The notes under the pieces were generated by a model, which was not told the origin of the DNA, made no database searches, and saw only the letters and a list, made by a program, of their open reading frames with translations. Of a stretch of DNA of 64,000 bases, positions 53,260-62,434 are shown piece by piece (within the stretch, counting starts at the first letter, position 1; each line of letters begins with the position of its first letter). The stretch lies in the NCBI GenBank assembly GCA_963803435.1, contig CAWDML010000002.1:96001-160000 (forward strand), in the 5' to 3' direction. The translations under genes were made by a program, and so were the position numbers. Source of the DNA: an uncultured delta proteobacterium (GTDB lineage Bacteria > Myxococcota > Kuafuiibacteriia > Kuafuiibacteriales > Kuafuiibacteriaceae).

Positions 53260-54876
53260 TCAGCGAACCTTCCAGCGATTTCCCTGGACCATGTCCACGA
53301 TGAAGCGCTGCCAAGGACCGATGCCCGTCGAGTAGTTCCACAGCTGATAGCTGAAGCCCGGGTAGTACGGGATGCCGGTGAGGTAGTCGGCGTTGCTCGC
53401 CCGCAGCGCGATCGGGTCGCCGTGTGCGATGCCGCTGCCCGGGCTGCCGCCGAGCTTGACGATCGTGTACTTGGAGCACGCCGACGTATAGTCCGCGTTC
53501 ATCTGTACGTGACCGGTTCCGCTGGTGCACGTCGACAGAAAGTGTCCGGAGCGGAGCGTCTCGAGGCTGATCAGGTCGCCGTCGCGGAGCTCCCCGCGGT
53601 TGTGGTCGAGGATCCAGAACGCCTGGTCTTCGTCGTCCGACTGCGGCGCGTTGACGTAGCCCTTTCCGTCGGCTCCGACCTCGAGGAAGCGACCCGTCGA
53701 TTCAGCGCGCAGTCGAATCACGTGGTCGCGACGCGGCGCCTCCACGGTGAAGGTCTCCCAGATGGAGGCCGACGTCCGGTTGGCGTTGACGGCGCCGCCG
53801 CCGCCGCCCTCAGCGACCACATAGCGGCTGTCGTAGGCGCGGAGCTGGATCTGCGAGCCCGCATCGATCTCGCCGCCGCCGACCTTGATGACCGTGAACG
53901 CGGAGCTGGACAGCGGTGAAGCGTTGAGCGCGTCGACGCCGCCGCCGCTGGCCCGGAGGAAATGACCCTCGGAGGTCTTGATGTAGACGAGGTCTCCGGA
54001 CATGAGGCGACCGCGATTGATGTCGATGAAGAAGACCGTCTCCCACGAACCATGTCCGTAGCCGACGGCGTCGACGCCCGCGCCGCCCGCGCTCACCGGG
54101 CGGACGAACCGGCCGTTGTACGTGCGGAGCGCGAATCGGTGCTCCAGGTCGCTGACCACGGTGCACGCGCTGGTGGCCGGCCAGGACGAGACGAGGCGGA
54201 GCTCGTCCGTGTCCTGCGCGTCGAACCCCGAGCACGCATTGTAGGAGGCGTCAATCACGTCGTACACGCACTTGCCATAGATGTACGGGACGCTGTCGGT
54301 TCCGCCCGAGTAGCCGGCCGGGCAGCCGCTGTCCGGGTGCTTGTAGTCGTGCGTGTGCATGAACTCGTGCACGATGTCCGAGGCGCGCCAGTCGAGCGGC
54401 TGCACGCCGGAGTACCACGACCAGTCCGGGAAGCTCTCGCTCCAGTCGTCGACGAGCTCGATGTACTTCGTCTCCTGCTCACCCCAACCTTGGTAGTACG
54501 CGGCCGCCGACGAGCCGTCGTTCACGGTGTAGGGACAGTGGTAGCCGACGTGGTTGTCCTTCCACAGCGCCTGCCAGGCGAGGGCGATCTGCGTGGCGCG
54601 CGACGACGTCGGAAACGGGTCCTGCCCGCAGCCCTCGTAGTTGGCGTTCATGCGCTGCGAGACGCACTGGGCGAACGCGTTGGAGTTCATCACGATGCGC
54701 GCCATCCGACTCGATTGGTCAATCAAACCCTCGGTGAACGGTGAGCACTCCGCCTGTCCTTCGTGCTTGCCGAGGAGATCGTCCTGGGCGACGCCGATGG
54801 CGTCATCGGGACCGCCGCACGCGGCGAGAGCCAAGGACACGAGGAGTGTGTTGGAGAGTTGGGCTTTGTTTCTCAT
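53260..54876 (-). CDS. Lipoprotein: zinc metallopeptidase-like domain plus fascin-like beta-trefoil repeats
   Basis: Lipobox LAAC; HEFMHTHDYKH; repeats such as YVVAEGGGGGAVNANR...WETF. Confidence 0.78.
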   Translation of the reverse strand: MRNKAQLSNTLLVSLALAACGGPDDAIGVAQDDLLGKHEGQAECSPFTEGLIDQSSRMARIVMNSNAFAQCVSQRMNANYEGCGQDPFPTSSRATQIALAWQALWKDNHVGYHCPYTVNDGSSAAAYYQGWGEQETKYIELVDDWSESFPDWSWYSGVQPLDWRASDIVHEFMHTHDYKHPDSGCPAGYSGGTDSVPYIYGKCVYDVIDASYNACSGFDAQDTDELRLVSSWPATSACTVVSDLEHRFALRTYNGRFVRPVSAGGAGVDAVGYGHGSWETVFFIDINRGRLMSGDLVYIKTSEGHFLRASGGGVDALNASPLSSSAFTVIKVGGGEIDAGSQIQLRAYDSRYVVAEGGGGGAVNANRTSASIWETFTVEAPRRDHVIRLRAESTGRFLEVGADGKGYVNAPQSDDEDQAFWILDHNRGELRDGDLISLETLRSGHFLSTCTSGTGHVQMNADYTSACSKYTIVKLGGSPGSGIAHGDPIALRASNADYLTGIPYYPGFSYQLWNYSTGIGPWQRFIVDMVQGNRWKVR

Positions 54877-54888
54877 GCGCCGCTCATG

Positions 54889-54904
54889 TGCAGCCGGCGG
54901 GCCA
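54889..54904 (-). promoter_or_regulatory. Sigma54 -24/-12 promoter
   Basis: TGGCCCGCCGGCTGCA on minus strand, ATG at 54876. Confidence 0.65.
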
Positions 54905-54935
54905 GTTCCCGGCGCGACACGAACCGGATCGTGGG

Positions 54936-55006
54936 ACACGAACTGTGTACCGGTCGCCGGCCGGGCGCGGGACGGATGCACGAACTGTGTCGTGCTCGAA
55001 CTGTGT
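54936..55006. promoter_or_regulatory. Three enhancer-like repeats
   Basis: CGAACTGTGT at 54939, 54981 and 54997; first lies in ACAC-N5-GTGT dyad. Confidence 0.65.
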
Positions 55007-55020
55007 ACGACCCGCGGTTA

Positions 55021-55087
55021 GGAGCGTGTAGCGCGTAAGCGCTCACGCGACCCCGGTCCGGGTCCCGGTCCCGGTCCGGGTCCCGAT
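55021..55087 (+). repeat. Left TIR with GGTCC(C/G) hexamer repeats
   Basis: GGAGCGTGTAGCGCGTAAGCGCTCACGCGACCCCGGTCCGGGTCCCGGTCCCGGTCCGGGTCCCGAT. Confidence 0.9.
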
Positions 55088-55107
55088 CTGAAGATGGCTG
55101 CCTTGAG

Positions 55108-55940
55108 TCAGACGCTCGCGACGGTCGCGAGCTTCGATCGGTAGAGCTTGAGCAGGTTGTGGGTGAGGCAGACGAGCGTCCCTCGGCTCGTACCTTGAAG
55201 AAGGAGCGTTGCGAGAACCGGCGGAATCCTCGTGCCCCTTTGATCTGTCCGAGCGCCGGTTCGACGATACTCTTCCTGCGGGGGTAGACCGCCTTGCCGT
55301 CGCGCGTTTGCAACTTGTCTCGCATTCGCTTGCGAGCGAGCGTTGCTGATCAGGTGCCTGGTTGCTGACCCCTTCGGCGACAATCACCTGAGCGTGCTCA
55401 TCTACGACAACTTGGGCATTGTAGGCCTGGAGGTACGCTCCATCCTTCAACACGATCCTGCTGTCTGAGTCGGTGAAGTTCCTCTGAGCGTGGGGCCTCG
55501 GTGTGCCGTCCACATTTGCAGGAACGCGATGATGCGGCCATCCATCATTTCGTTCAGTTGGGTCTGGGGATGGTTCGAGCTGGTCAGCCTGCGCTCTTGC
55601 CTTCTCGGCTCGAGTTCTCGCTCGCTTCTGCTCCACCCGATCCACAAGAGCATCATCCGCTTTGCTCTGCTGCTCTTCGGCTTGCCTGCGCAATTTCTCC
55701 GCGCGAGCCCTGGCGGCATCCTGTTCCAGCGCAGCCTTCGCTTCTCGAATGCGGGCAAGGCGGGATTCACGGCGAGCGAGCTCCGCTGGGATGTCCTCTT
55801 CAGTCTCTTCAACGCCCAGCCGCTTCATCGACGACGTCCACGACGAAGTACGCGAGATGATTTTCTGGGAGCCACTCGAGAGGGGACGGCGGGAGCAAGA
55901 ACGATTGTCTCGGAGTCCAAGAACGGTATTGCTTCGCCAC
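55108..55940 (-). pseudogene. IS1182-family transposase remnant with internal deletions
   Basis: MAKQYRSWTPRQSFLLPPSPLEWLPENHLAYFV, QRNFTDSDSRI, QAYNAQ, RRKSIVEP.LGQIK..RGFRRF, LTHNLLKL scattered over different frames. Confidence 0.88.
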
Positions 55941-56059
55941 GAAACCATGGGATCAAGTCCGGGCGTCGAAGTCGATCCGCCCAACGATCGATTCCAGACG
56001 AAACGACCTCCAAGAACTTCTGCTGGTCAAAGTGGACGAGCTACCGCAAGCTAGCTTGC

Positions 56060-56428
56060 ATGGTCACTTTCGATCACGAGAAGCTCGAGGTCTACCAGCT
56101 CGCCGTCGAGTATGCCGACATCGCTGAAGAGATCGCACAAGAACTGCAACCCGGTCACGCTCACGTCCGCGATCAGCTTCGGCGGGCATCCGATTCCATC
56201 GTGAACAACACCGCCGAGGGCGCCGGAGAGTTCAATCCACCTGAGAGGGCTCGCTTCTACCGGATGGCACTTCGCTCTGGCACCGAAAGCGCCGCCTCAC
56301 TCCACACCTGCTTGAGGCGCCGACTCACCAACGAGCAGAAGGTCCAAGCCGCCAGAGCCAAGCTCAAGCGCGTTGTCGAGAGGCTCACGCGCCTCATCAA
56401 GTCGATGAACGCACGCCGGGCTGCATGA
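56060..56428 (+). CDS. Four-helix-bundle protein (23S rRNA IVP/Avd-like)
   Basis: HEKLEVYQLA, DQLRRASDSIVNNTAEG, RFYRMALRSGTE. Confidence 0.9.
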   Translation: MVTFDHEKLEVYQLAVEYADIAEEIAQELQPGHAHVRDQLRRASDSIVNNTAEGAGEFNPPERARFYRMALRSGTESAASLHTCLRRRLTNEQKVQAARAKLKRVVERLTRLIKSMNARRAA

Positions 56429-56433
56429 TCGCC

Positions 56434-56499
56434 ATCGGGACCGGGACCGGGACCGGGACCCGGACCGGGCTCGCGGTAGCGCTACGCGCTACACGCTCC
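56434..56499 (-). repeat. Right TIR with hexamer repeats
   Basis: Its reverse complement is identical to 16090-16155 and nearly identical to the left TIR. Confidence 0.9.
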
Positions 56500-58236
56500 T
56501 AGCGCTTGCGGGGACGCGGAAGGCCGTATTTGACGATGCGTTTGACGAGCGTGCGTCGCGACACCCCGAGGTGCCGGGCCGCGTGGGTCTGGTTCCCGTT
56601 GCAGGCTTCCAGCGCTTCGATCGCTCGCTGGCGCTCGTCGAGCTCCTCTTCGCTCAACCCCGCTGGGACCTCGCTCGCAGGGAGGCGGAACGAGATCGGC
56701 GCAGGGGTTTGAACCGGCGGTGGGAGCCAGGTCGCGCTCATCTTCTCGAGCGGGAGGTGGTGCGGGCGGATCTCGTCGTCCGCCAGCAGCACGGCGCGCT
56801 CGATCACGTTGCGCAGCTCCCGGATGTTCCCGGGCCAGTCGTAGCAGAGGAGCAGCTCGAGCGCCTCGGCCGTGAGGATCGGTGCGCCCTCGTCGCCGTT
56901 CTCCCGGGCGGCGTCGAGGATGAATCGGTGCGCGAGCGGCTCGATCTCTTCGCGTCGCTCCCGGAGCGGCGGGATGCGGAGCGCGGCGCCGTTCAGTCGA
57001 AAGAACAGAATCCTTCCGAAACGTGCCCTTCACGATCTCCTCCTCGAGATCACGGTTGGTGGCGGCGACGAAGCGTACGTCGACCGGTCGCGCTTCCAGC
57101 CCTCCCACGCGCAGCACCTCGCGCTGTTCGAGCACCCGCAGCAGCTTCACCTGCGTCGACGGGTGAAGCTCCCCGACTTCGTCGAGGAAGATCGTCCCGC
57201 CGTCGGCCATCTCGAGGAGCCCGGGTTTGGCGACGTCGGCGCCGGTGAATGCGCCCTTCTCGTGCCCGAACAGCTCGTTCTCGAGCAGGTTCTCGTTGAG
57301 CGCGCCGCAGTTGAGACGAACGTACGGCTGGGCGGCCCTCGGAGAGCTCCGGTGGATCGCCGCCGCCACCACCTCCTTGCCGACGCCCGTCTCGCCGAGC
57401 ACGAGCACGCAGATCCGTCCGTTGGCCACGCGCTCCGCCACCCGGATCAGATCGCGCATCGCGTCCGACCGGATGATCGGGGCGTCGTCCTCGGGGACGT
57501 CGCCGCGCGCTTGTCGCTGCGCCTCCCAGAGCAACGCCTGGGCGGTCCGCGCATCGGCCGGGAAGCGGGCGTGCCCGGTCCTGAGCGGCCCGGCCGTGGT
57601 CCCGATCGCTGCCAGGAGCGCGTCGACGAACTGCTCGAGCCGCTGCTGGCTCACATTCGCGAGCAGGAGCTCGTAGTGCCCGTCGGCGTAGCGCGCGACG
57701 AGGTCGATCGTCAGGGTAGGGGCCCGCAGACACCGTTCGATCGCGCGGGCATCCTCGACCCGCTCGGCGCGAACCACGACCACGGCGAAGCTGCTCGCCG
57801 CCGATGCGTTGCGGCACTCTTCCTCGAGCCGAGCCTCGAAGTGCGCGTGGGAGCGCAGTCTCGTGGGCGGGCGCTCAATAGACGTCGCTTGCACCACCAG
57901 CATCGTCGAACCGATCTCCACGATCTGTCCCGGCGTCAGATCGCGCCGCGTGCCGGGCTCCAGGGCCACGCCGCTCACCGAGGTCCCGTTCGCACCGCCG
58001 AGGTCCTCGATACCCAACGCCGGCGGACCGTGGAGCACCGCGTGGAACCGGGAGATCTGGGGCTCCGGGATGCAGAGGTCGTTCTCTTTGGAACGCCCGA
58101 TCGTCAGCTTCCCGTCGATAGGGAGCTGGTGGCGCTCGATGGGCCCGTCGCGAATGATGGTGACCTCGTACCGTTCGTCACCGGCGCGCTCGTGCGGCAG
58201 CGCATCGATGGTCGTCTTGACGTGGACGTCGATCAC
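56499..58236 (-). CDS. FHA-domain sigma54 enhancer-binding protein; frameshift near 57009
   Basis: IGRS...ISRFHA...ANGT FHA, GETGVGKE, ELFGHEKGAFTGA, FLDE, WPGNIRELRN, GNQTHAARHLG. Confidence 0.92.
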
Positions 58237-58248
58237 GGTCGCTTCAGG

Positions 58249-59130
58249 CTACCAACGGATGACCGCCGGTGCATCGTCCAAGTCGTCGATCCACAGGAAG
58301 ACCGCGACCACACCCAAGGCGACGCCGAGGCCGCCCGCGGTCCACCCCGCGATGGTGGCGCGGTCCGCCCGGCGGTCTGCTGCGAGCGTCTCGTCCCGCG
58401 CCTGGAGCCGCACCGCGTTGGAGAGCGTCTCGTCGTTCGCCCGGGAGAAGGATTGGTCCGCGCTCGCCAGCTCCGCCCGGCCGACGCCCAGCGCCGCCAC
58501 ACCACCGACCACGAGCGTCGCTGCGCCAATCGTGGTGGCCCAGATCCAGGTTCGATCGACCGGCGGTGGCGCGGGCGAAACCTCCGCGAGGGTGGCGCCG
58601 CGCCGCGGGATGACCAGCGAGGTCGCGCTCCGCGGGAAGACCTCCACCTCGTGCCTGGTGGTGGAGCCGTCGGGCTGCGTCGCGACGACCACATATCGAC
58701 CGGCGTCGAGCACGAGCGCTTCCGTGCACGGCTGTTCCGGACCGTCGCCCACCCGAAGACGTGCGTAGGGCCACTCGCAGCGCACCTCGATGCGTCCGCG
58801 CAACGTGACTTGGAGCTCCTCAATCTTGCGGGCGACGCGCTCGCGCAGCGCCTCTGGGAGCGGCAGCGCGCCGGCCCGGCGGAATCCTTCGAGCGACTCG
58901 GCGTAGCGCTCCAGCTTCTCGAGGCACGACGCGATCAGGAACGTCGCGACGCCGAGCTCTCCTCGTCGCTCCGGGAGATCCGAGAGCAGCGCGAACGACT
59001 GCTGGTAGAGCGCGAGCGCGCTCTGGTAGTCGCCTGCTTCGTACGCCGCGGCTGCCCGGTCTCCGATCGAGGTGATCTGCGCGGCCGGATCGACCTGCAT
59101 GACGAGCGCGAGGACGACCAGCGGGGTCAC
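58249..59130 (-). CDS. TPR/PEGA-like membrane protein
   Basis: AYEAGDYQSAL TPR, GRIEVRC...LDAGRYVV PEGA, two C-terminal TMs. Confidence 0.78.
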   Translation of the reverse strand: MTPLVVLALVMQVDPAAQITSIGDRAAAAYEAGDYQSALALYQQSFALLSDLPERRGELGVATFLIASCLEKLERYAESLEGFRRAGALPLPEALRERVARKIEELQVTLRGRIEVRCEWPYARLRVGDGPEQPCTEALVLDAGRYVVVATQPDGSTTRHEVEVFPRSATSLVIPRRGATLAEVSPAPPPVDRTWIWATTIGAATLVVGGVAALGVGRAELASADQSFSRANDETLSNAVRLQARDETLAADRRADRATIAGWTAGGLGVALGVVAVFLWIDDLDDAPAVIRW

Positions 59131-60509
59131 GGGTCCAGCTCCGGAATGCGCAAGAGCGGACGAACGCCTGCGTCTGCGGGTGGGACGGAGCGCGGGCCGG
59201 CGGCGCGCAGGGGCCGGCGACGAACCCCTGCGTCGGAGCTGGTGACGAGCTCTGGCTTGCTGACCGCCACCGGGCGCGGTCGGGCGGTGGGCGCCCCCTC
59301 CGCGCGAGGGCCGTCGGTGGTCCGCGCCGGCACGGGTCGCGGACGCACGCGCTCGAACCACAGGCGTGCGACCACCACCACCAGCGACAGCACGACCGCG
59401 ATCGCCACGACACCGATGATCGAGACCCGGCGCGGCGGTGGCAGCGGGGCGGGCGCATGGACGGTCGCGGGCTTGGTCACCGTCGCGCCGGGTGGAGCGT
59501 CGAGGGGCCGCGGCAAGACGGCCGTGTAGTCGGCTTCGTCCGCCGCCACGGTGGGCGCGGCGGCCTTCGGGGTCGCGACGCCGGTGGCGCGGGCGTGCGG
59601 GACACCGTCGAGGAGGGTGAGGACGTCGGCGGCGCTGTCGGGACGTTCGAGCTTGCTCTTGGCGAGCAGTCGTCCGACGAGCGCGCGAAGCTCCGCAGGT
59701 GCCGCTGCCGGGAGGTCGCCGGGCGCGTCCCGGAGATGGCGGCGCATCACCTCGACCGGGCTGCCGCGACCGAACGGCGGGGCGCCACCCAGCATGGCGA
59801 AGACGACGCAGCCGAGCGCGTACAAATCCGCGCGCGGGTCGAGCGTGCCTCCCGAGATCCCCTCCGGCGCCATGTAGGCGGGCGTACCGAGGGCCTGCCC
59901 GGGCGCCGTGAGGGGCGGGGCCGCCTCCGACTCCTCGAGCTTCGCGTGCCCGACGTCGATCAACACGGCGCGACCATCGACGTCGAAGGCCACGTTCGAA
60001 GGCTTCAGGTCCCGATGAACGACGCCCCGGGCATGGAGCGCGCTCAGGCCTCGCGCCAGGTCGCGGGCGATGGCCACGGTGGTCGGGACGTCGAGCGGGC
60101 CGGATTGGATCCGTTGCTCGAGCGTCCCGCCGGGCAGGTGCTCGAGGAGCAGATAGACGCGCTCCGACCCGGGCTCCACGGCGAGCGCGCGGGCCGAGAC
60201 GACGTGGGGATCGTCGATGGCGAGGAGGGTGCAGGCCTCCTGAAAGAACCGCGCCCACGCGACCTCGCGGTCGGCGGTGTCGATGCGCGGGGTCTTCAGG
60301 ACGACCCGCGCTCCCCGCCCGAGCTCGGTGGCCACGAACACGTTGGCGCTGAGCGCGACCTCGACGCGAAGGTGATGGTCGATGACGGACCCGACGGTCA
60401 CGGGGCCCGGATCGACGTCGATCCTCACCGTGGGGACGTCGTGCCGAGCGCAGCGATCGGCCGGCATCGACGATCGGCAGAGCGGACAGTAGCGCGCCCC
60501 GGCTACCAT
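59127..60509 (-). CDS. Ser/Thr protein kinase with TM
   Basis: N-terminal CPLC, VLK, HRDLKPSN, DVG, GTPAYMAPE, DLYALG. Confidence 0.9.
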   Translation of the reverse strand: MVAGARYCPLCRSSMPADRCARHDVPTVRIDVDPGPVTVGSVIDHHLRVEVALSANVFVATELGRGARVVLKTPRIDTADREVAWARFFQEACTLLAIDDPHVVSARALAVEPGSERVYLLLEHLPGGTLEQRIQSGPLDVPTTVAIARDLARGLSALHARGVVHRDLKPSNVAFDVDGRAVLIDVGHAKLEESEAAPPLTAPGQALGTPAYMAPEGISGGTLDPRADLYALGCVVFAMLGGAPPFGRGSPVEVMRRHLRDAPGDLPAAAPAELRALVGRLLAKSKLERPDSAADVLTLLDGVPHARATGVATPKAAAPTVAADEADYTAVLPRPLDAPPGATVTKPATVHAPAPLPPPRRVSIIGVVAIAVVLSLVVVVARLWFERVRPRPVPARTTDGPRAEGAPTARPRPVAVSKPELVTSSDAGVRRRPLRAAGPRSVPPADAGVRPLLRIPELDP

Positions 60510-62434
60510 GGAAGCGGTACCCGCGCCGGTACGAAGGTCGTGGGGCGCACGCCGTCCACCTGTCCGAAGTTGTCGTAGCCCCAGCACCACACCTCGCCTG
60601 CGGTGCTGAGCGCGCAGCTGTGGAGGCGGCCTGCGATCGCGGCGCGTGCGCTCGGCGCGCCCGCGACCTCGGTCGGCGTGAGCGTGTCGTGCTCATCGGG
60701 CCGGCCGGTCACGCGTCCCATGCCCTTCGGGCCCCAGCAGACGAGCCTGTCACTGTCGGCTCGAATCGCGCACGTGTGCCAGGCGTGGCTGCGGATCTTG
60801 GAGGCCTCCAGCCCGAGGACTCTCTGGGGAGGCGAGCGCTCGCTCGTCGTCGAGACGCCGAGCGCGCCCCCGACGTTCGTCCCCCAGCAATACACCGCGC
60901 CGCCCTCGCCAATCGCGCAGTTGTGCCGATAGCCGGTCTCGATGTCGGCGATGGGCTCAGGCAGAGCGACCGGCGTCAGCTCGTAGCTCGCATCGTCGGG
61001 GATGCCGTTGATGACGCCGTCCACGTTCTTGCCCCAGCAGGCGACATTGCCGCTCTGCAGCACGCACGTATGCTCGGAGCTCGTCGAGATGCAATCGACG
61101 CTCGAGGTCTCCACTTCGGGCCGTCCCGTCGCGGAGTAACCGCGACATCGCGATCGCCTCTCGGGGCCCTCGGTCCAGCACGTCCGCGCCCAGCCCGTGG
61201 AGAAGTCCACCACGTCGCTCGCGACGAGCTGCGGGGTGACGATCCGCGGCTCACCGGCTCCGATCTGCCCGAAGCTGTTGTCGCCCCAGCACCACAGCCG
61301 CCGCTGGGCGTCGCGGGCGCAGGCGTGGGCGCCGCCGACGTCGAGCGCTTCGATGTCGGCGAGGAGCGGGGGCCCGCGCGTCTCGTAGGGGTCTTCGACG
61401 CCGAGCTCCGCGCTGAGGTTTCGGCCGAAGCAGCGGACGGTTCCATCGCCGAGGAGCGCGCAGGTCTGACCGCCGCCGGCCCCCACCTCGATCGCACCGG
61501 TGATCCCGGTGGCCACCGGCGCGCGATAGAGGCCGTCCTCCGTGCCGAGCGCTCCCAGGTGCGCCCAACCCCAGCAGCGCACCTCGCCGTCGTCGTCCAC
61601 GCCGCAGGCCGCGTGCGCCGTCAAGGCCAGCTCGGCGAACGGCGGCGCATCGATGGGGGTCGGGTCGAACGGCGTGTCCTCGCCGAGCTCGATCCAGTGG
61701 CCACGGCAGGAGAGCTCACGCGTGCCGGTGGTAAAGCAGTACCAGTGGCCGCGCGCCCAGACGCGCCGCGCGTCGTCCACGCCGTCGAGATACTGTGTGG
61801 CGTTGGTGGAGTCCACGCGTGCGAGCCGGCCGTCGTCGAGGACGATCAGCACCGCGTCGAGCTCCGCGGCGATGTCGACGGCGCCGCGCAGGTCCGGATC
61901 GTCACGACCGTCGCAACCGACCGTGCCGTCGGCGTATCGGACGCAGGTGAAGTGGGCGCCCGTGACCATCTGAACGATGTCGCCGGCCAGGGTCGTGTCG
62001 ATCGCTTCGGTCGCGGCGTCCAGCGGGAGGCACGCGACCCGCCCCGAGCTGGACCACAGACAGGTGCGGCCCTCCTCGGGAGACACGCCGCGAAAGCTGC
62101 CGGACGCGAGCTGATACGGCGCTCGGGTGTCCGACCAACACCACACGCCGTCGTCGGCGACGCCACAGTGATGGTACAGACCACCGGCGTCGCTCCGGAT
62201 GGGTGGGAGCCCCTCGATCTCGTGCGGTCGCGCGGGGAGGTCCGACCCGTCCAGGCGCGCGATGTCCTTGCCCCAGCAGAGCATGCGGCCGTCACGTCGC
62301 GCGCAGACATGTCGGAAGCCGGAGGCGATGCTGGTCTCGGCGCGAGTGTCCGCCAGCGGCGTGAAGGTTCGGTCCGGAGAGAGGCAGCCGGCGAGGAGCA
62401 GGGGGAGCGCCAGCCGTCCCACGCCGCGGGCCAT
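60503..62434 (-). CDS. RCC1-repeat lipoprotein
   Basis: Lipobox LAGC; many GxxHxCA...CWGxNxxG repeats. Confidence 0.88.
   Translation of the reverse strand: MARGVGRLALPLLLAGCLSPDRTFTPLADTRAETSIASGFRHVCARRDGRMLCWGKDIARLDGSDLPARPHEIEGLPPIRSDAGGLYHHCGVADDGVWCWSDTRAPYQLASGSFRGVSPEEGRTCLWSSSGRVACLPLDAATEAIDTTLAGDIVQMVTGAHFTCVRYADGTVGCDGRDDPDLRGAVDIAAELDAVLIVLDDGRLARVDSTNATQYLDGVDDARRVWARGHWYCFTTGTRELSCRGHWIELGEDTPFDPTPIDAPPFAELALTAHAACGVDDDGEVRCWGWAHLGALGTEDGLYRAPVATGITGAIEVGAGGGQTCALLGDGTVRCFGRNLSAELGVEDPYETRGPPLLADIEALDVGGAHACARDAQRRLWCWGDNSFGQIGAGEPRIVTPQLVASDVVDFSTGWARTCWTEGPERRSRCRGYSATGRPEVETSSVDCISTSSEHTCVLQSGNVACWGKNVDGVINGIPDDASYELTPVALPEPIADIETGYRHNCAIGEGGAVYCWGTNVGGALGVSTTSERSPPQRVLGLEASKIRSHAWHTCAIRADSDRLVCWGPKGMGRVTGRPDEHDTLTPTEVAGAPSARAAIAGRLHSCALSTAGEVWCWGYDNFGQVDGVRPTTFVPARVPLPW

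Larger units (their letters stand above)
55021..56499. mobile_element. IS1182-derived element with passenger four-helix-bundle gene
   Basis: ~67-bp imperfect TIRs, TA on both flanks, decayed transposase, lower GC than flanks. Confidence 0.88.

Noticed and set aside
55050-55087. GGTCCC arrays as CRISPR
   Set aside because: Tandem hexamers with no spacers and no cas genes; they belong to the TIRs.
56060-56428. Diversity-generating retroelement from the Avd-like protein
   Set aside because: No reverse transcriptase in the window, and the 16-kb and 56-kb copies do not differ in an adenine-specific TR/VR pattern.
11824-57012. Programmed frameshifting or mass pseudogenisation
   Set aside because: No slippery sites; both halves of each gene are intact and the indels share a GATC context, pointing to sequencing error.
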